This document shows, one piece after another, positions 19,553 through 27,982 of a DNA stretch of 64,000 nucleotides. This DNA is from an uncultured Candidatus Saccharibacteria bacterium (GTDB lineage Bacteria > Patescibacteriota > Minisyncoccia > UBA6257 > UBA9933). The notes under the pieces were generated by a model. That model was not told the origin of the DNA and did not search any database. It saw only the letters and a program-made list of their open reading frames with translations. The position numbers and the translations under genes are program-made. The stretch spans positions 33,976-97,975 of the forward strand of contig CAYVOL010000003.1 in assembly GCA_964453135.1 (NCBI GenBank). The letters are read 5' to 3'. The first letter of the stretch is position 1; the number at the start of each line of letters is the position of its first letter.

Positions 19553-20122
19553 TTATCTTTGCACGGATATTTGAGTAGGAGTAATCTCTGAAAGCAGAAT
19601 AGCTGATTTGCCTGCAGGATTATTAAAGGTAAAAGTTATATTATCTCCTGTTTTTAAGTCATTGATTGTTATTCCTTTTTCCGAAAAAGGAAGGGGCGGA
19701 GAAACGGACATCATGCCTCTGGTTTTTCTTGCTTTAGCCTGATATTCCGCAAGCTCTTTATTGAAAGCTTCGGCGGTTTTGTTTTCTTTTAGGGTTATTG
19801 CAACGCCGTCTTTAATCAATAAATTTTTGTTTTGATAAATTTTAGGGATATTGACGCCCATTATGGAAGGAACAATTACATTTATAGATTTTTCAGCAAT
19901 ATTGATTTTGGTTACCCGGCCGATAAGAGAAGAAGCCGCCATATTGCCGAAAATTTCCTCAATAAGTTGATTTTGCTGTTGTTGCGCTAAAAGTAATTCC
20001 TGATTTTGCCCGTATATTTTTCCGGCAAGATAGCCGAAATGATAAAGAAGATAACCCCCGCCAATTATCAAAATGGCAATAATTAACAAAAGGCCTGTTT
20101 TTATTAATTGAGTTTGATTCAT
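19553..20122 (-). CDS. membrane-anchored partner protein of the glycine-rich cassette (copy B)
   Basis: Paralog of 13031-13588 with the same N-terminal TM and conserved blocks (e.g. VSVSADKKSIVVEIPSV / TKINIAEKSINVIVPSI). Confidence 0.5.
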   Translation of the reverse strand: MNQTQLIKTGLLLIIAILIIGGGYLLYHFGYLAGKIYGQNQELLLAQQQQNQLIEEIFGNMAASSLIGRVTKINIAEKSINVIVPSIMGVNIPKIYQNKNLLIKDGVAITLKENKTAEAFNKELAEYQAKARKTRGMMSVSPPLPFSEKGITINDLKTGDNITFTFNNPAGKSAILLSEITPTQISVQR

Positions 20123-20127
20123 AGAAT

Positions 20128-21141
20128 TTATTGCAACGGCATCCAGTACGCCCATACATAGCAAGGTCCCCGATCTATTCCTAACGCTATGGTATAAGAT
20201 TCTCCATTTTTTATTGGGGCAGTCACGGACTCCGATTCAACACCGTTTCCGTTAATATTATTTTGAGTTATTTTCGCCCCGCTTGCCCATATTTCTAATC
20301 CACAATGAGGCCGAGTACCGCCACTAGAGGTATCGAGACTAGCGGTAACGAATCCATCGGCACTCGCGGTAGAACTATATACTGTCGGACGCGTTCCGTC
20401 GCCATTATATACTTGGGATGCCAATAGCGTTCGCGTTTGAAAACTCTTTGACATCTGGCTTGCCCATTTACCGACAGAATTTATCCAATAATCTTGAGCA
20501 TATACATTATTATAGGCAGAATTATTACCATTCATTACATAAAGACCACCATTGCTTAATGTGCCAATTACATTGCCATCAGTTCCAATTCCAGGAGAAT
20601 AGGTTCCGTATTGACTATCTCCCACGTAAAGTCTACCGAATTTTCCAATACCGGCAACTTCCAATTTTTGGGAAGGGCTGGTTGTATTGATTCCGACATT
20701 GCCAGTGTTGCCGGAAATAAACAGTCGTTCCGTATTGTTGGTGCCAGGGTTATTAGTTAAATCAGCTGAACGTAAATAAAAATTTCCGGAGTTTGGAAAA
20801 TATACCGCTCCACTTCCCTCTCCTCCCATGATGCCAATAGAATTTACCCGTATTGGACCAGCAACATCAAGTTTTGCATACTGGTTTGGATTAGTCGTAC
20901 CTATGCCCACATTGGTTCCGTTATCGTAAATTATGGAATTGCCGATGGTATAGGAAGGGGAAGTTTGTCCGAAAACAGCCAGATAGTTGGGAGTGCCGCT
21001 ACCGGTTATTGACTGCACCTGGGCAATGGCTTTTTTGAGGAAATTGGGAAGATGGGAATTGCTGACATTAACGCTCAATGCCAAGCTGACAATCATTACT
21101 AAAAGAACTAAATTAATATAAAAAAGAGGAGATTTAAACAT
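20128..21141 (-). CDS. glycine-rich secreted tail-fibre-like protein (cassette copy B)
   Basis: N-terminus MFKSPLFYINLVLLVMIVSLALSVNVSNSHLPNFLKKAIAQVQSITGSGT... is about 96% identical at DNA level to copy A, diverging after roughly 330 nt. Start set at the ATG corresponding to copy A (the ORF opens at 21162). Confidence 0.6.
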   Translation of the reverse strand: MFKSPLFYINLVLLVMIVSLALSVNVSNSHLPNFLKKAIAQVQSITGSGTPNYLAVFGQTSPSYTIGNSIIYDNGTNVGIGTTNPNQYAKLDVAGPIRVNSIGIMGGEGSGAVYFPNSGNFYLRSADLTNNPGTNNTERLFISGNTGNVGINTTSPSQKLEVAGIGKFGRLYVGDSQYGTYSPGIGTDGNVIGTLSNGGLYVMNGNNSAYNNVYAQDYWINSVGKWASQMSKSFQTRTLLASQVYNGDGTRPTVYSSTASADGFVTASLDTSSGGTRPHCGLEIWASGAKITQNNINGNGVESESVTAPIKNGESYTIALGIDRGPCYVWAYWMPLQ

Positions 21142-21251
21142 AGGAGAAAATCTTAAAAACATAAAACTTGAACCTTGGAACTTGGAACTCGTCTCAATTA
21201 TTTATCCCCAGTTTCAAGATTTATATTTTATGTTCTGTGATTATTACTCTA

Positions 21252-21301
21252 ATTTTATCATTCACTCAACTCCTGTCAACGAAGGGATGGGGATAACTTT
21301 T
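21252..21301 (-). promoter_or_regulatory. sigma70-like promoter with AAAGTTATCCCCAT motif (right cassette)
   Basis: Reverse complement reads aaagttatccccatcccttcgTTGACAggagttgagtgaatgaTAAAAT, near-identical to 11776-11824. Confidence 0.5.
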
Positions 21302-21307
21302 TGAGTG

Positions 21308-22297
21308 TTAAATATGTTTTTCTCCCAATACCACAGAAATATCTATTTTTTTGTTTTGCCGCAGGATTTTTAATTTTATTTTATCGCCGGCGGATAATTT
21401 TTCCAAAATATCGCCTATGGTTTTCCGGACAGTGACGCTTTCTTCGTTTACAGACAAAATGATATCTTTCTCGCGCAGGCCGGACTTTTTCGCCGGACTT
21501 CCAGCAATAACGCTTTCGGCAAAAGGTTTTTCTGATTTTATCAAGGCGCCGCAATTTACCGGAAGACGCATTTCTTTTTTGACATTATCGTCAATAATGA
21601 GATAACGCACTCCTAAAAAAGGACGTTGGATTTTCCCGAATTTTTTCAGGTCGGCCAAATCTCTTTTGACGATATTGATAGGCAAAGCGAAGCCGATATT
21701 TTCCGCATCGGACATCATTGCCATATTTATTCCTACTACTTCGCCTTCAAGATTAATTAAAGGGCCGCCGGAATTGCCGGGATTGATCGCCGCGTCTGTC
21801 TGAATAAGCCCGTGGATTTCTTCTTCGGGAGATAAGTCGTCAATTTGGGCGCTAATGGAACGGGAAAGGCCGGAAATGATTCCGGTGGAAACGGTATTGC
21901 GGAAAATGCCCAAAGCATTGCCGACAGCAATAACATTTTCTCCCAGTTCCAGACGGGAAGAGTTGCCCAGTTTAAGGAAGGGGAGGCGGTGATGATCTTT
22001 TATTCTTAAAATAGCCACGTCGCTGATGGGGTCGCGCGCCATAATTTTTGCAGGATAACTTTTATTGTCGTTGGTAATGACGGTGTAGCGGTTATTGGGA
22101 GAAGAAACAATGTGGCGGTTGCTCACCACTATCCCCGACGGGTCAACTAAAAAACCTGATCCGCTGTCAATGCTGGCAGGCGGTTTGCTGGAAGAAGATT
22201 TTGCTTTGGCAAGGCGAGATGGTGATTGAGCGACAGCGATGGTTACCACCGCGGGCAGAATTTTTTTGATTATCTTGGGAAGAGACTGATTTATCAT
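21308..22297 (-). CDS. htrA: HtrA/DegP-family serine protease (trypsin-like domain + PDZ)
   Basis: Catalytic Ser motif GNSGGPLIN, with His (VVSNRHIV) and Asp (DVAILRI) contexts. C-terminal PDZ-like region. N-terminal TM anchor. Confidence 0.9.
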   Translation of the reverse strand: MINQSLPKIIKKILPAVVTIAVAQSPSRLAKAKSSSSKPPASIDSGSGFLVDPSGIVVSNRHIVSSPNNRYTVITNDNKSYPAKIMARDPISDVAILRIKDHHRLPFLKLGNSSRLELGENVIAVGNALGIFRNTVSTGIISGLSRSISAQIDDLSPEEEIHGLIQTDAAINPGNSGGPLINLEGEVVGINMAMMSDAENIGFALPINIVKRDLADLKKFGKIQRPFLGVRYLIIDDNVKKEMRLPVNCGALIKSEKPFAESVIAGSPAKKSGLREKDIILSVNEESVTVRKTIGDILEKLSAGDKIKLKILRQNKKIDISVVLGEKHI

Positions 22298-22364
22298 TGA
22301 TTAATTATAGCAACATATCTTAAACTTACAAAGGCAGATGAAATAGTTTATAGAGTTAATGTAA

Positions 22365-22576
22365 GAAATCCGAGCGTTGTTTACATTTCGGAATATTGAC
22401 CACTGGCGTTCCCGACCTTACTGTCATTCTGAGTCCGCCAGCTGGCGGACGAAGAATCTTACGGAGATCCTTCGCCCCGCCACAGCAGGGCTCAGGATGA
22501 CAAAAACGGTCAGGATGACCAAAATGTTCAGGATGACAATAAAAAACTACGACGAAAAGCGTAAATAACGCTATGA
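22365..22576 (+). repeat. dispersed ~200-nt structured element, copy 1 (candidate ncRNA / MITE-like)
   Basis: Shares gaaatccgagcgttgtttacatt...tgtcattctgagtccgccagctggcgg...gatccttcg...cccgcc...ggctcaggatgacaa...gtaaataacgct with 26668-26878 and 56461-56655. Confidence 0.6.
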
Positions 22577-22673
22577 TTTTACATACAAAGTTTGTAAAGT
22601 TGTAAGGTCTATATAGTTTGCAAGGTGTATAAGATTTATAAATATCAATTTAATGCAATGATATCAATGAAAG

Positions 22674-23552
22674 ATGAAATTTTATTCTAAAAATAAAAAA
22701 ACAAGCGCTGAAAAATTTTTCTTTTTGAGAAAAGACAGACTTGTTTTTCTTTTGGCGGTTATTATAGCCGGCGCGGCGATTTATGCCGCGGTTTATTCTC
22801 CGCTGTTTAGGATTAAAGATATTCAAGCGGCGGTGGCGTCCGATTCTTCGGCGGTCAATAAAGAAGAGTTGACAGCGGAATTAAAACAATTTTTTGACAG
22901 CCGCACGTTTTTTGATTCTATTTTGGGAAGCCGCAATATCCTGGTTTGGGATAATGACTTATCTAAATTTTTAAATCAACATCCCCAATGGCAATTTTTG
23001 AAAATAGACAAGGATTATTTTAAGCGGCAAATAGTTATTACCGGAGAAGAAAGAAAAAAATTCGGACTTTGGTGCCAGTCGGCGAAAGCGAGCGCCGGGA
23101 CAACGGCGGCAAAAACAGCTACGGATACAACAGAAATGACGGGAGAAAAAAATAACCTCGCGCTGTCAAAGTGCCAGTGGTTTGATGAAAAAGGGATTAT
23201 TTTTTTGGAAGCGCCGTCTGTGGAAAGCGAAATTTTTAACCGAGTAGACGATTATTCGGGGAGAGAGCTGGAAATGGGAAATTTTGTTTTGCCGGAGGAG
23301 ATGATCGGCAATTTAGTCGCGGTATTCAACATTCTGGAGACTGCCGGAGTCAATGCGAGAACGGCTATTTTGAAAGATTTGGCTTTGGAAGAAATAAGCG
23401 TGGAGCCAAAGAGCGGACCGCGGCTTATTTTTAGTTTGAACCGCGAACCATCTTTCGTCGCGCCTGCCATAGATTCTTTGAAAAAATCAGGGCAATGGGA
23501 TAAATTGCAGTATGTCAATTTTACCGTGGAAAACAGGGCGTACTATAAATAA
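22674..23552 (+). CDS. FtsQ/DivIB-like cell-division protein (tentative)
   Basis: N-terminal TM, then a POTRA-like segment (FRIKDIQAAVAS...NILVWDNDLSKF...FLKIDKDYFKRQIVITGEERKKFGLW). The assignment is by pattern only. Confidence 0.4.
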   Translation: MKFYSKNKKTSAEKFFFLRKDRLVFLLAVIIAGAAIYAAVYSPLFRIKDIQAAVASDSSAVNKEELTAELKQFFDSRTFFDSILGSRNILVWDNDLSKFLNQHPQWQFLKIDKDYFKRQIVITGEERKKFGLWCQSAKASAGTTAAKTATDTTEMTGEKNNLALSKCQWFDEKGIIFLEAPSVESEIFNRVDDYSGRELEMGNFVLPEEMIGNLVAVFNILETAGVNARTAILKDLALEEISVEPKSGPRLIFSLNREPSFVAPAIDSLKKSGQWDKLQYVNFTVENRAYYK

Positions 23553-23554
23553 GA

Positions 23555-23640
23555 AACTTGAATCTTGAAACTTGAAAATTGAATCGCGCAACTTGAATCT
23601 TGGAACTTAGATCTTGAATCCTGATACTTGGCACTTAATA
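23555..23640 (+). repeat. 7-nt-period tandem array (NNCTTGA units) between convergent genes
   Basis: Units read aacttga atcttga aacttga aaattga ... aacttga atcttgg aacttag atcttga atcctga tacttgg. Confidence 0.8.
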
Positions 23641-25323
23641 AAGTTCTTCTTTTATCTTTTTTAATATTTCTACATCGTGTTCGCGCAGGCGGTCAAAAAT
23701 TTTCATTTCCGGGTCAATGGCGATTGATTTTCCCAAATAATATCCGGCGGTAAAATGGGGGAGAATAACGTAATCGGCGCCGGCTTTATAAAGACGGGGG
23801 ATTTCCCATTCGTTTCGGGCCCTCACCACGATTTTGATGCCGCTTCCTTGCTGTCGATAATTTTTTATTTTTTCCAGCAGGTGAAGATTGTCTCTGAAAT
23901 TGGGGGCGGTGGAAATCACCAGCTTGGCTTTTTCCAGCCCGGATTTTTCTATGATTTCTTCGTCGGAGATATCGCCGAAAAGATAGTCGTGATGATTGTT
24001 TTTAAGCTGATGGATGACATCAGGATCAAAATCGACAATCAGCACATCTTCTTTTTCTAGACTAAAAGCAATGCTTTGCCCTAAGCGATGGGCGCCGATT
24101 AAAACAATGGGTTTTTCAAAATAGCGAAGAGGATAGGAGTTTTCTTTTGTTTTTCGGCGTTCAAAAATAACTAAAGATCGGGAAAGCAGAGAATAAATTT
24201 TATCGTCGTAAAGCGAAAAATAAGTGAAAAGGATAAACGACAATACTCCGGTGGCGGTGATGAGCGAAGCGGTTGCCGCGCTGATATGCCCGATTTTAAG
24301 TCCCAAAGCCGCCAGCACAAAACTAAACTCGGAAATTTGAGCTAATGTAAGGCCGGACATAAACGTGGTGTGTTTGCGGTAGCCCATAATACCCATAATG
24401 ACGAAAATAATCAGCGGTTTTCCGATGAGCGTGAAAAGAGAAAAGATAAGAACGGGAACAATCAGCGCTTGAAGCTGGGAGAAGACAAGCGATGAGCCCA
24501 GAGTTATGAAAAAAATAAGAATGAAAAAATCGCGCAATGATTTGACCTGGCCGGATATCTGATATCTCTCCGAGGAATTGGCGAGTGACAAGCCGGCTAA
24601 AAATCCTCCGATTTCCAAAGAAAGCCCGATTTTTTGGGCGCTGGCCACAATAAGAAAAGCCCAGGCAAGACTGACTAAAAATAAAAGTTCCTGCGATTTG
24701 GCGATTTTGTTAAACAGTCGAGGGATGATTTTTGCTCCGATAAAAACAGTCAGAAGAGAAAGAACAATTCCTTTAAGCGTCATCAACGTTATTGTTGTCG
24801 GCGTGATGTGATTGCGAGCGGCAAAACCAGCCAAGAAAACGAGAATTAAAATCGCGGCAAAGTCCTGCAGGAGAAGAATGCCGGTGTCAATTTTCCCGTA
24901 TAAGCTGTTTAAGTCTTTTTTTTCCGATAGCAGTTTAACTACTATAACGGTGCTGGAAAAAGTCAGAGCAGCGGCGATATATAAAGAAGCGAGCGGGTCA
25001 ATATGGAGCAAAACAGCGGTTAAATAGCCTAAAGCCGCGGTGAAAACTATTTGGAACACCCCTATTGTTAAGGCCGAGCGTCCCACTATTTTCAGGGAAG
25101 TGTAATCTATTTCCATCCCGACAAGAAAAAGCAGAAACATCAGTCCTAAATCGGAAAAAGTTTTCAAGGTCTCTTGATTGTTTAAATTGAGCAGTCCGAA
25201 ATGGCCGATAATGACGCCGGTGATAATAAGCGCCAGCAGGAGTGGCTGTTTTAGAAAATGAAAGATAACGCTTAAAACAGCGGCGATTAAGATAATAATT
25301 ACTAAATCAGCAATGCCGGTCAT
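23635..25323 (-). CDS. CPA2-family monovalent cation:proton antiporter with C-terminal TrkA-N/RCK domain (KefB/KefC-like)
   Basis: About 12 TM Na+/H+-exchanger-like core, then a Rossmann-like RCK domain (PIVLIGAHRLGQSIAFSL...). Confidence 0.8.
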   Translation of the reverse strand: MTGIADLVIIILIAAVLSVIFHFLKQPLLLALIITGVIIGHFGLLNLNNQETLKTFSDLGLMFLLFLVGMEIDYTSLKIVGRSALTIGVFQIVFTAALGYLTAVLLHIDPLASLYIAAALTFSSTVIVVKLLSEKKDLNSLYGKIDTGILLLQDFAAILILVFLAGFAARNHITPTTITLMTLKGIVLSLLTVFIGAKIIPRLFNKIAKSQELLFLVSLAWAFLIVASAQKIGLSLEIGGFLAGLSLANSSERYQISGQVKSLRDFFILIFFITLGSSLVFSQLQALIVPVLIFSLFTLIGKPLIIFVIMGIMGYRKHTTFMSGLTLAQISEFSFVLAALGLKIGHISAATASLITATGVLSFILFTYFSLYDDKIYSLLSRSLVIFERRKTKENSYPLRYFEKPIVLIGAHRLGQSIAFSLEKEDVLIVDFDPDVIHQLKNNHHDYLFGDISDEEIIEKSGLEKAKLVISTAPNFRDNLHLLEKIKNYRQQGSGIKIVVRARNEWEIPRLYKAGADYVILPHFTAGYYLGKSIAIDPEMKIFDRLREHDVEILKKIKEELY

Positions 25324-25410
25324 TGATTAAAGTATAGCAGGAATTCGCAGCGCCTTAAAGATTAAAAAGGCAAAGGATTAAATGGATTGTTTAATCAGAT
25401 AATACAAGAG

Positions 25411-26049
25411 TTATAGCGAGACGCTGAAATTGTATTTTTTGTCGCGCCAATAACGGGGCACCCTATCAATTCCTACTCTTTTTTTGGCGGTTATTTGCGA
25501 GGGTTTTATTTTTATTCCCCAGTCTTCCAGCCAAAGTCCGGTTTTTCTGTCCGCCGGCAGGCCGTTTAGACTCTTGTCTATTTTCAATAATTTTGTCAGC
25601 CGCGCCGGACCGTTAACCGCCGAATAAGGAGCGTTCGGGGATTTATTAATGACAACGCCGCTTCTGATTAAAATCGCCGCCGGATAATTTTTAGGACCAA
25701 CAACGACATTAAGCATCCAGTGCATCCCGTAGGTGAAATAAACATAAAAAATTCCGGCCGAGCCGAACATGATTTTATTTCTCTCCGTTTTTCCGATAGA
25801 GGCGTGAGAGGCTTTATCTTGAAAGCCGTCATAGATTTCCACTTCTGTAATGATAAGCGCTGTTTCGCGGCGCGCGGAGGTGTTTTGTTTGGAAACAGCC
25901 GCGGCTGGAAAGCGGCGCATCAAAATTTTGCCCAGCATATTTTTAGCGGTTTTAACAGCGGGGCGATTAAAAAAATCGGAAGAAATTTTTTTCCCTTGAC
26001 AATCTTTTTGTAAGAGAAAATATTTTTTTGGTTGCGAACTTTTCTTCAT
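25411..26049 (-). CDS. DNA-3-methyladenine (methylpurine) glycosylase, Mpg/AAG family
   Basis: The blocks FFNRPAVKTAKNMLGKILMRR, ...IITEVEIYDG and ...HASIGKTERNKIMFGSAGIFYVYFTYGMHWMLNVV resemble the MPG family. Confidence 0.65.
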   Translation of the reverse strand: MKKSSQPKKYFLLQKDCQGKKISSDFFNRPAVKTAKNMLGKILMRRFPAAAVSKQNTSARRETALIITEVEIYDGFQDKASHASIGKTERNKIMFGSAGIFYVYFTYGMHWMLNVVVGPKNYPAAILIRSGVVINKSPNAPYSAVNGPARLTKLLKIDKSLNGLPADRKTGLWLEDWGIKIKPSQITAKKRVGIDRVPRYWRDKKYNFSVSL

Positions 26050-26067
26050 TGAGTTAATATTCTATCA

Positions 26068-26601
26068 ATGGATTATCAAAATCATCAAGCCGCGGCAGAG
26101 GCGATGCTTTTTGTCTACGGGGAGCCGCTGGAGATTAAAAGGATGGCCGGTCTTTTGAGCATCAGCGAAGAAGAAGCAAAAGCCGCTGTTGCGAACCTGG
26201 GGAAAAGCTTGGAAGATTCTCAGAGGGGATTAACCCTGCTTTTTAATAACAACCGTGTTCAACTGGCGACCAAAAAGGAATTTCATTCTTTGGCGGAAGC
26301 ATTGATTAAAAGCGAATTTGAAGAAAATTTGACTCCGGCGGCTTTGGAAACTTTATCAGTTGTTGTTTACCTTGGTCCGGTTTCCCGACCCAAAATTGAT
26401 TACATCAGGGGAGTGAATTCATCTTATACTGTCCGCAATCTGATGTTAAGGGGGCTGATTGAGCGCGTTTCGGACGGCAAAAGCGGAAACGCTTTTTTGT
26501 ATCAGGCAAGTTTTGATTTGCTGAAACATTTGGGAATTTCCCGGATTTCCGAATTGCCGGATTACGGGAAATATAAAGAGTTGGCGGAAAAAACTTCCTG
26601 A
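26068..26601 (+). CDS. scpB: segregation and condensation protein B
   Basis: Two winged-helix repeats with the conserved AEAMLFVYGEPL and PKIDYIRGVNSSYTVRNLMLRGLIERV blocks. Confidence 0.8.
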   Translation: MDYQNHQAAAEAMLFVYGEPLEIKRMAGLLSISEEEAKAAVANLGKSLEDSQRGLTLLFNNNRVQLATKKEFHSLAEALIKSEFEENLTPAALETLSVVVYLGPVSRPKIDYIRGVNSSYTVRNLMLRGLIERVSDGKSGNAFLYQASFDLLKHLGISRISELPDYGKYKELAEKTS

Positions 26602-26667
26602 TGTTCGTTGTAGCGCGGCATAGGGATGAGAGGCAAGGATATTGCCGGGGTATGACTTGGTTTGCAA

Positions 26668-26878
26668 GAAATCCGAGCGTTGTTTACATTTTGGAATGTT
26701 GACTATTGGGGTGTGCCCGACGGCCCCACTCCTGCCATTCTGATCCGCCAGCCGGCGGAGAAGAATCTTAAGAGATCCTTCGTCCGCCCCGCCATGGCGG
26801 GGCGGGACTCAGGATGACAATAAAAACGTTTAGGATGACAATTAAAAAACAGCGATGAAAAGTGTAAATAATGCTATG
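26668..26878 (+). repeat. dispersed ~200-nt structured element, copy 2
   Basis: See copy 1. It has the same termini and internal palindromes (ccgccagccggcgg; ccccgccatggcgggg). Confidence 0.6.
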
Positions 26879-26921
26879 AAATCTTACACATAGTTTATTA
26901 CTAATCGTTACATTGTATTAA

Positions 26922-27875
26922 TTGAACAAAGCGATGCGCAGAAAATTTTTGTTTTTATTTATTATTATTGTGATAGCGGCGGCATTATTCAGCTGGGGGA
27001 CGAGAAAAGATTCTAAAATAGCGGAAAGCAAGGCAGAGACGCAGGCGGCTGATAGCAAATTAGACATTAATGTCCCTTTAAGCGATGGTTCGGAAATCAT
27101 CTCGCGCAATTTCTTGGCTACTTCTTCGGAAGAAGTTTCTAATTTTCACTGCGCTGGCGATTTTTTGGGCGGCTTTTTGACAGCGCGCGCTGTTTTGGTT
27201 CGTTATCTTAACGGAGAGGGAAGTTTTTTGGAATTGAACAAAGGTATTCGCTGGCCCACGGCTTCTTTGGCTAAATTGATGACCTCGCTTGTGGCTTTGG
27301 AAAATATCAAGGGCGATAAAGAAATTAAAATTACCAACGGAATAATTTTAGAAAATACTCCGTTGAAATTCGGGGAAGGAGAAATTTACACGATGGCTGA
27401 TTTAATGAAAGCGATGCTGGCAGTTTCCAGCAATAGCGCGGGGGAAGCCATTGCCGACGATTTCGGCAAGGCTCAATTTATTGAACTGATGAACAGGAAA
27501 GCGGCAAGTTTGGGAATGAATGAAACAAGTTTTTACGACGCCAGCGGCATTTCGGCTTCCGACCAATCAACCACCGATGACTTATTCAAGTTATTGAGTT
27601 ATATTTATAATGCTCGGCCGGAAATTCTTCAGTATGCGCGCGCGCAGAAAAGTGTTATTACGGAATTAAACAGCCGGCGGAAAATTGTTTTGAATAATGC
27701 CAATCAATTCGTTGGAGAGCCGGATTATTTGGGAGGAAAAACTGGAACGACCGACGCCGCGGGACAGAATCTCATCTCATTGTTTTCTTTTCATAAACAG
27801 CCGCTGGCGGTTATCATTTTAGGAAGCCAAAACAGGTTTGAAGAAGCAAGACAATTGTTGAATTGCGTTGAATGA
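26922..27875 (+). CDS. serine-type D-Ala-D-Ala carboxypeptidase (peptidase S11 / PBP5-like, low-MW PBP)
   Basis: The three active-site motifs are SxxK (ASLAKLM), SxN (SSNSA) and KTG (GGKTGTT). N-terminal TM anchor. Confidence 0.75.
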   Translation: MNKAMRRKFLFLFIIIVIAAALFSWGTRKDSKIAESKAETQAADSKLDINVPLSDGSEIISRNFLATSSEEVSNFHCAGDFLGGFLTARAVLVRYLNGEGSFLELNKGIRWPTASLAKLMTSLVALENIKGDKEIKITNGIILENTPLKFGEGEIYTMADLMKAMLAVSSNSAGEAIADDFGKAQFIELMNRKAASLGMNETSFYDASGISASDQSTTDDLFKLLSYIYNARPEILQYARAQKSVITELNSRRKIVLNNANQFVGEPDYLGGKTGTTDAAGQNLISLFSFHKQPLAVIILGSQNRFEEARQLLNCVE

Positions 27876-27982
27876 TAACAGATTCGCAGTTCGTAAAGTT
27901 TATGAAGTTTTTAAGGTTATAACGGGAGATAATTATATCCTCAATTAACTTTATGAATTTTATAAACTTTTAACTATGTTCT

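Noticed and set aside
11932-21162. Prophage or tail-fibre locus, suggested by tail-fibre-like glycine-rich proteins in inverted copies
   Set aside because: There is no capsid, portal, terminase, baseplate, integrase or att-like tRNA context. The intervening genes are core housekeeping (leuS, cysS). I treat this as a chromosomal surface-protein cassette rather than a prophage.
22298-22673. tRNA or other structured RNA genes in the longer intergenic regions (22298-22673, 26602-26921, 43904-44032, 47426-47526, 56461-56702, 60521-60643)
   Set aside because: I could not find a cloverleaf-compatible arrangement (acceptor stem, T-loop GTTCRANYC, CCA context) in any of them. The structured segments correspond instead to the ~200-nt dispersed element or the heptamer arrays.
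23555-23640. Possible CRISPR array, suggested by many short tandem repeats in intergenic DNA
   Set aside because: The repeats have a 7-nt period with no spacers of 25-40 nt and no cas genes anywhere in the window. They are simple tandem arrays, not repeat-spacer arrays.
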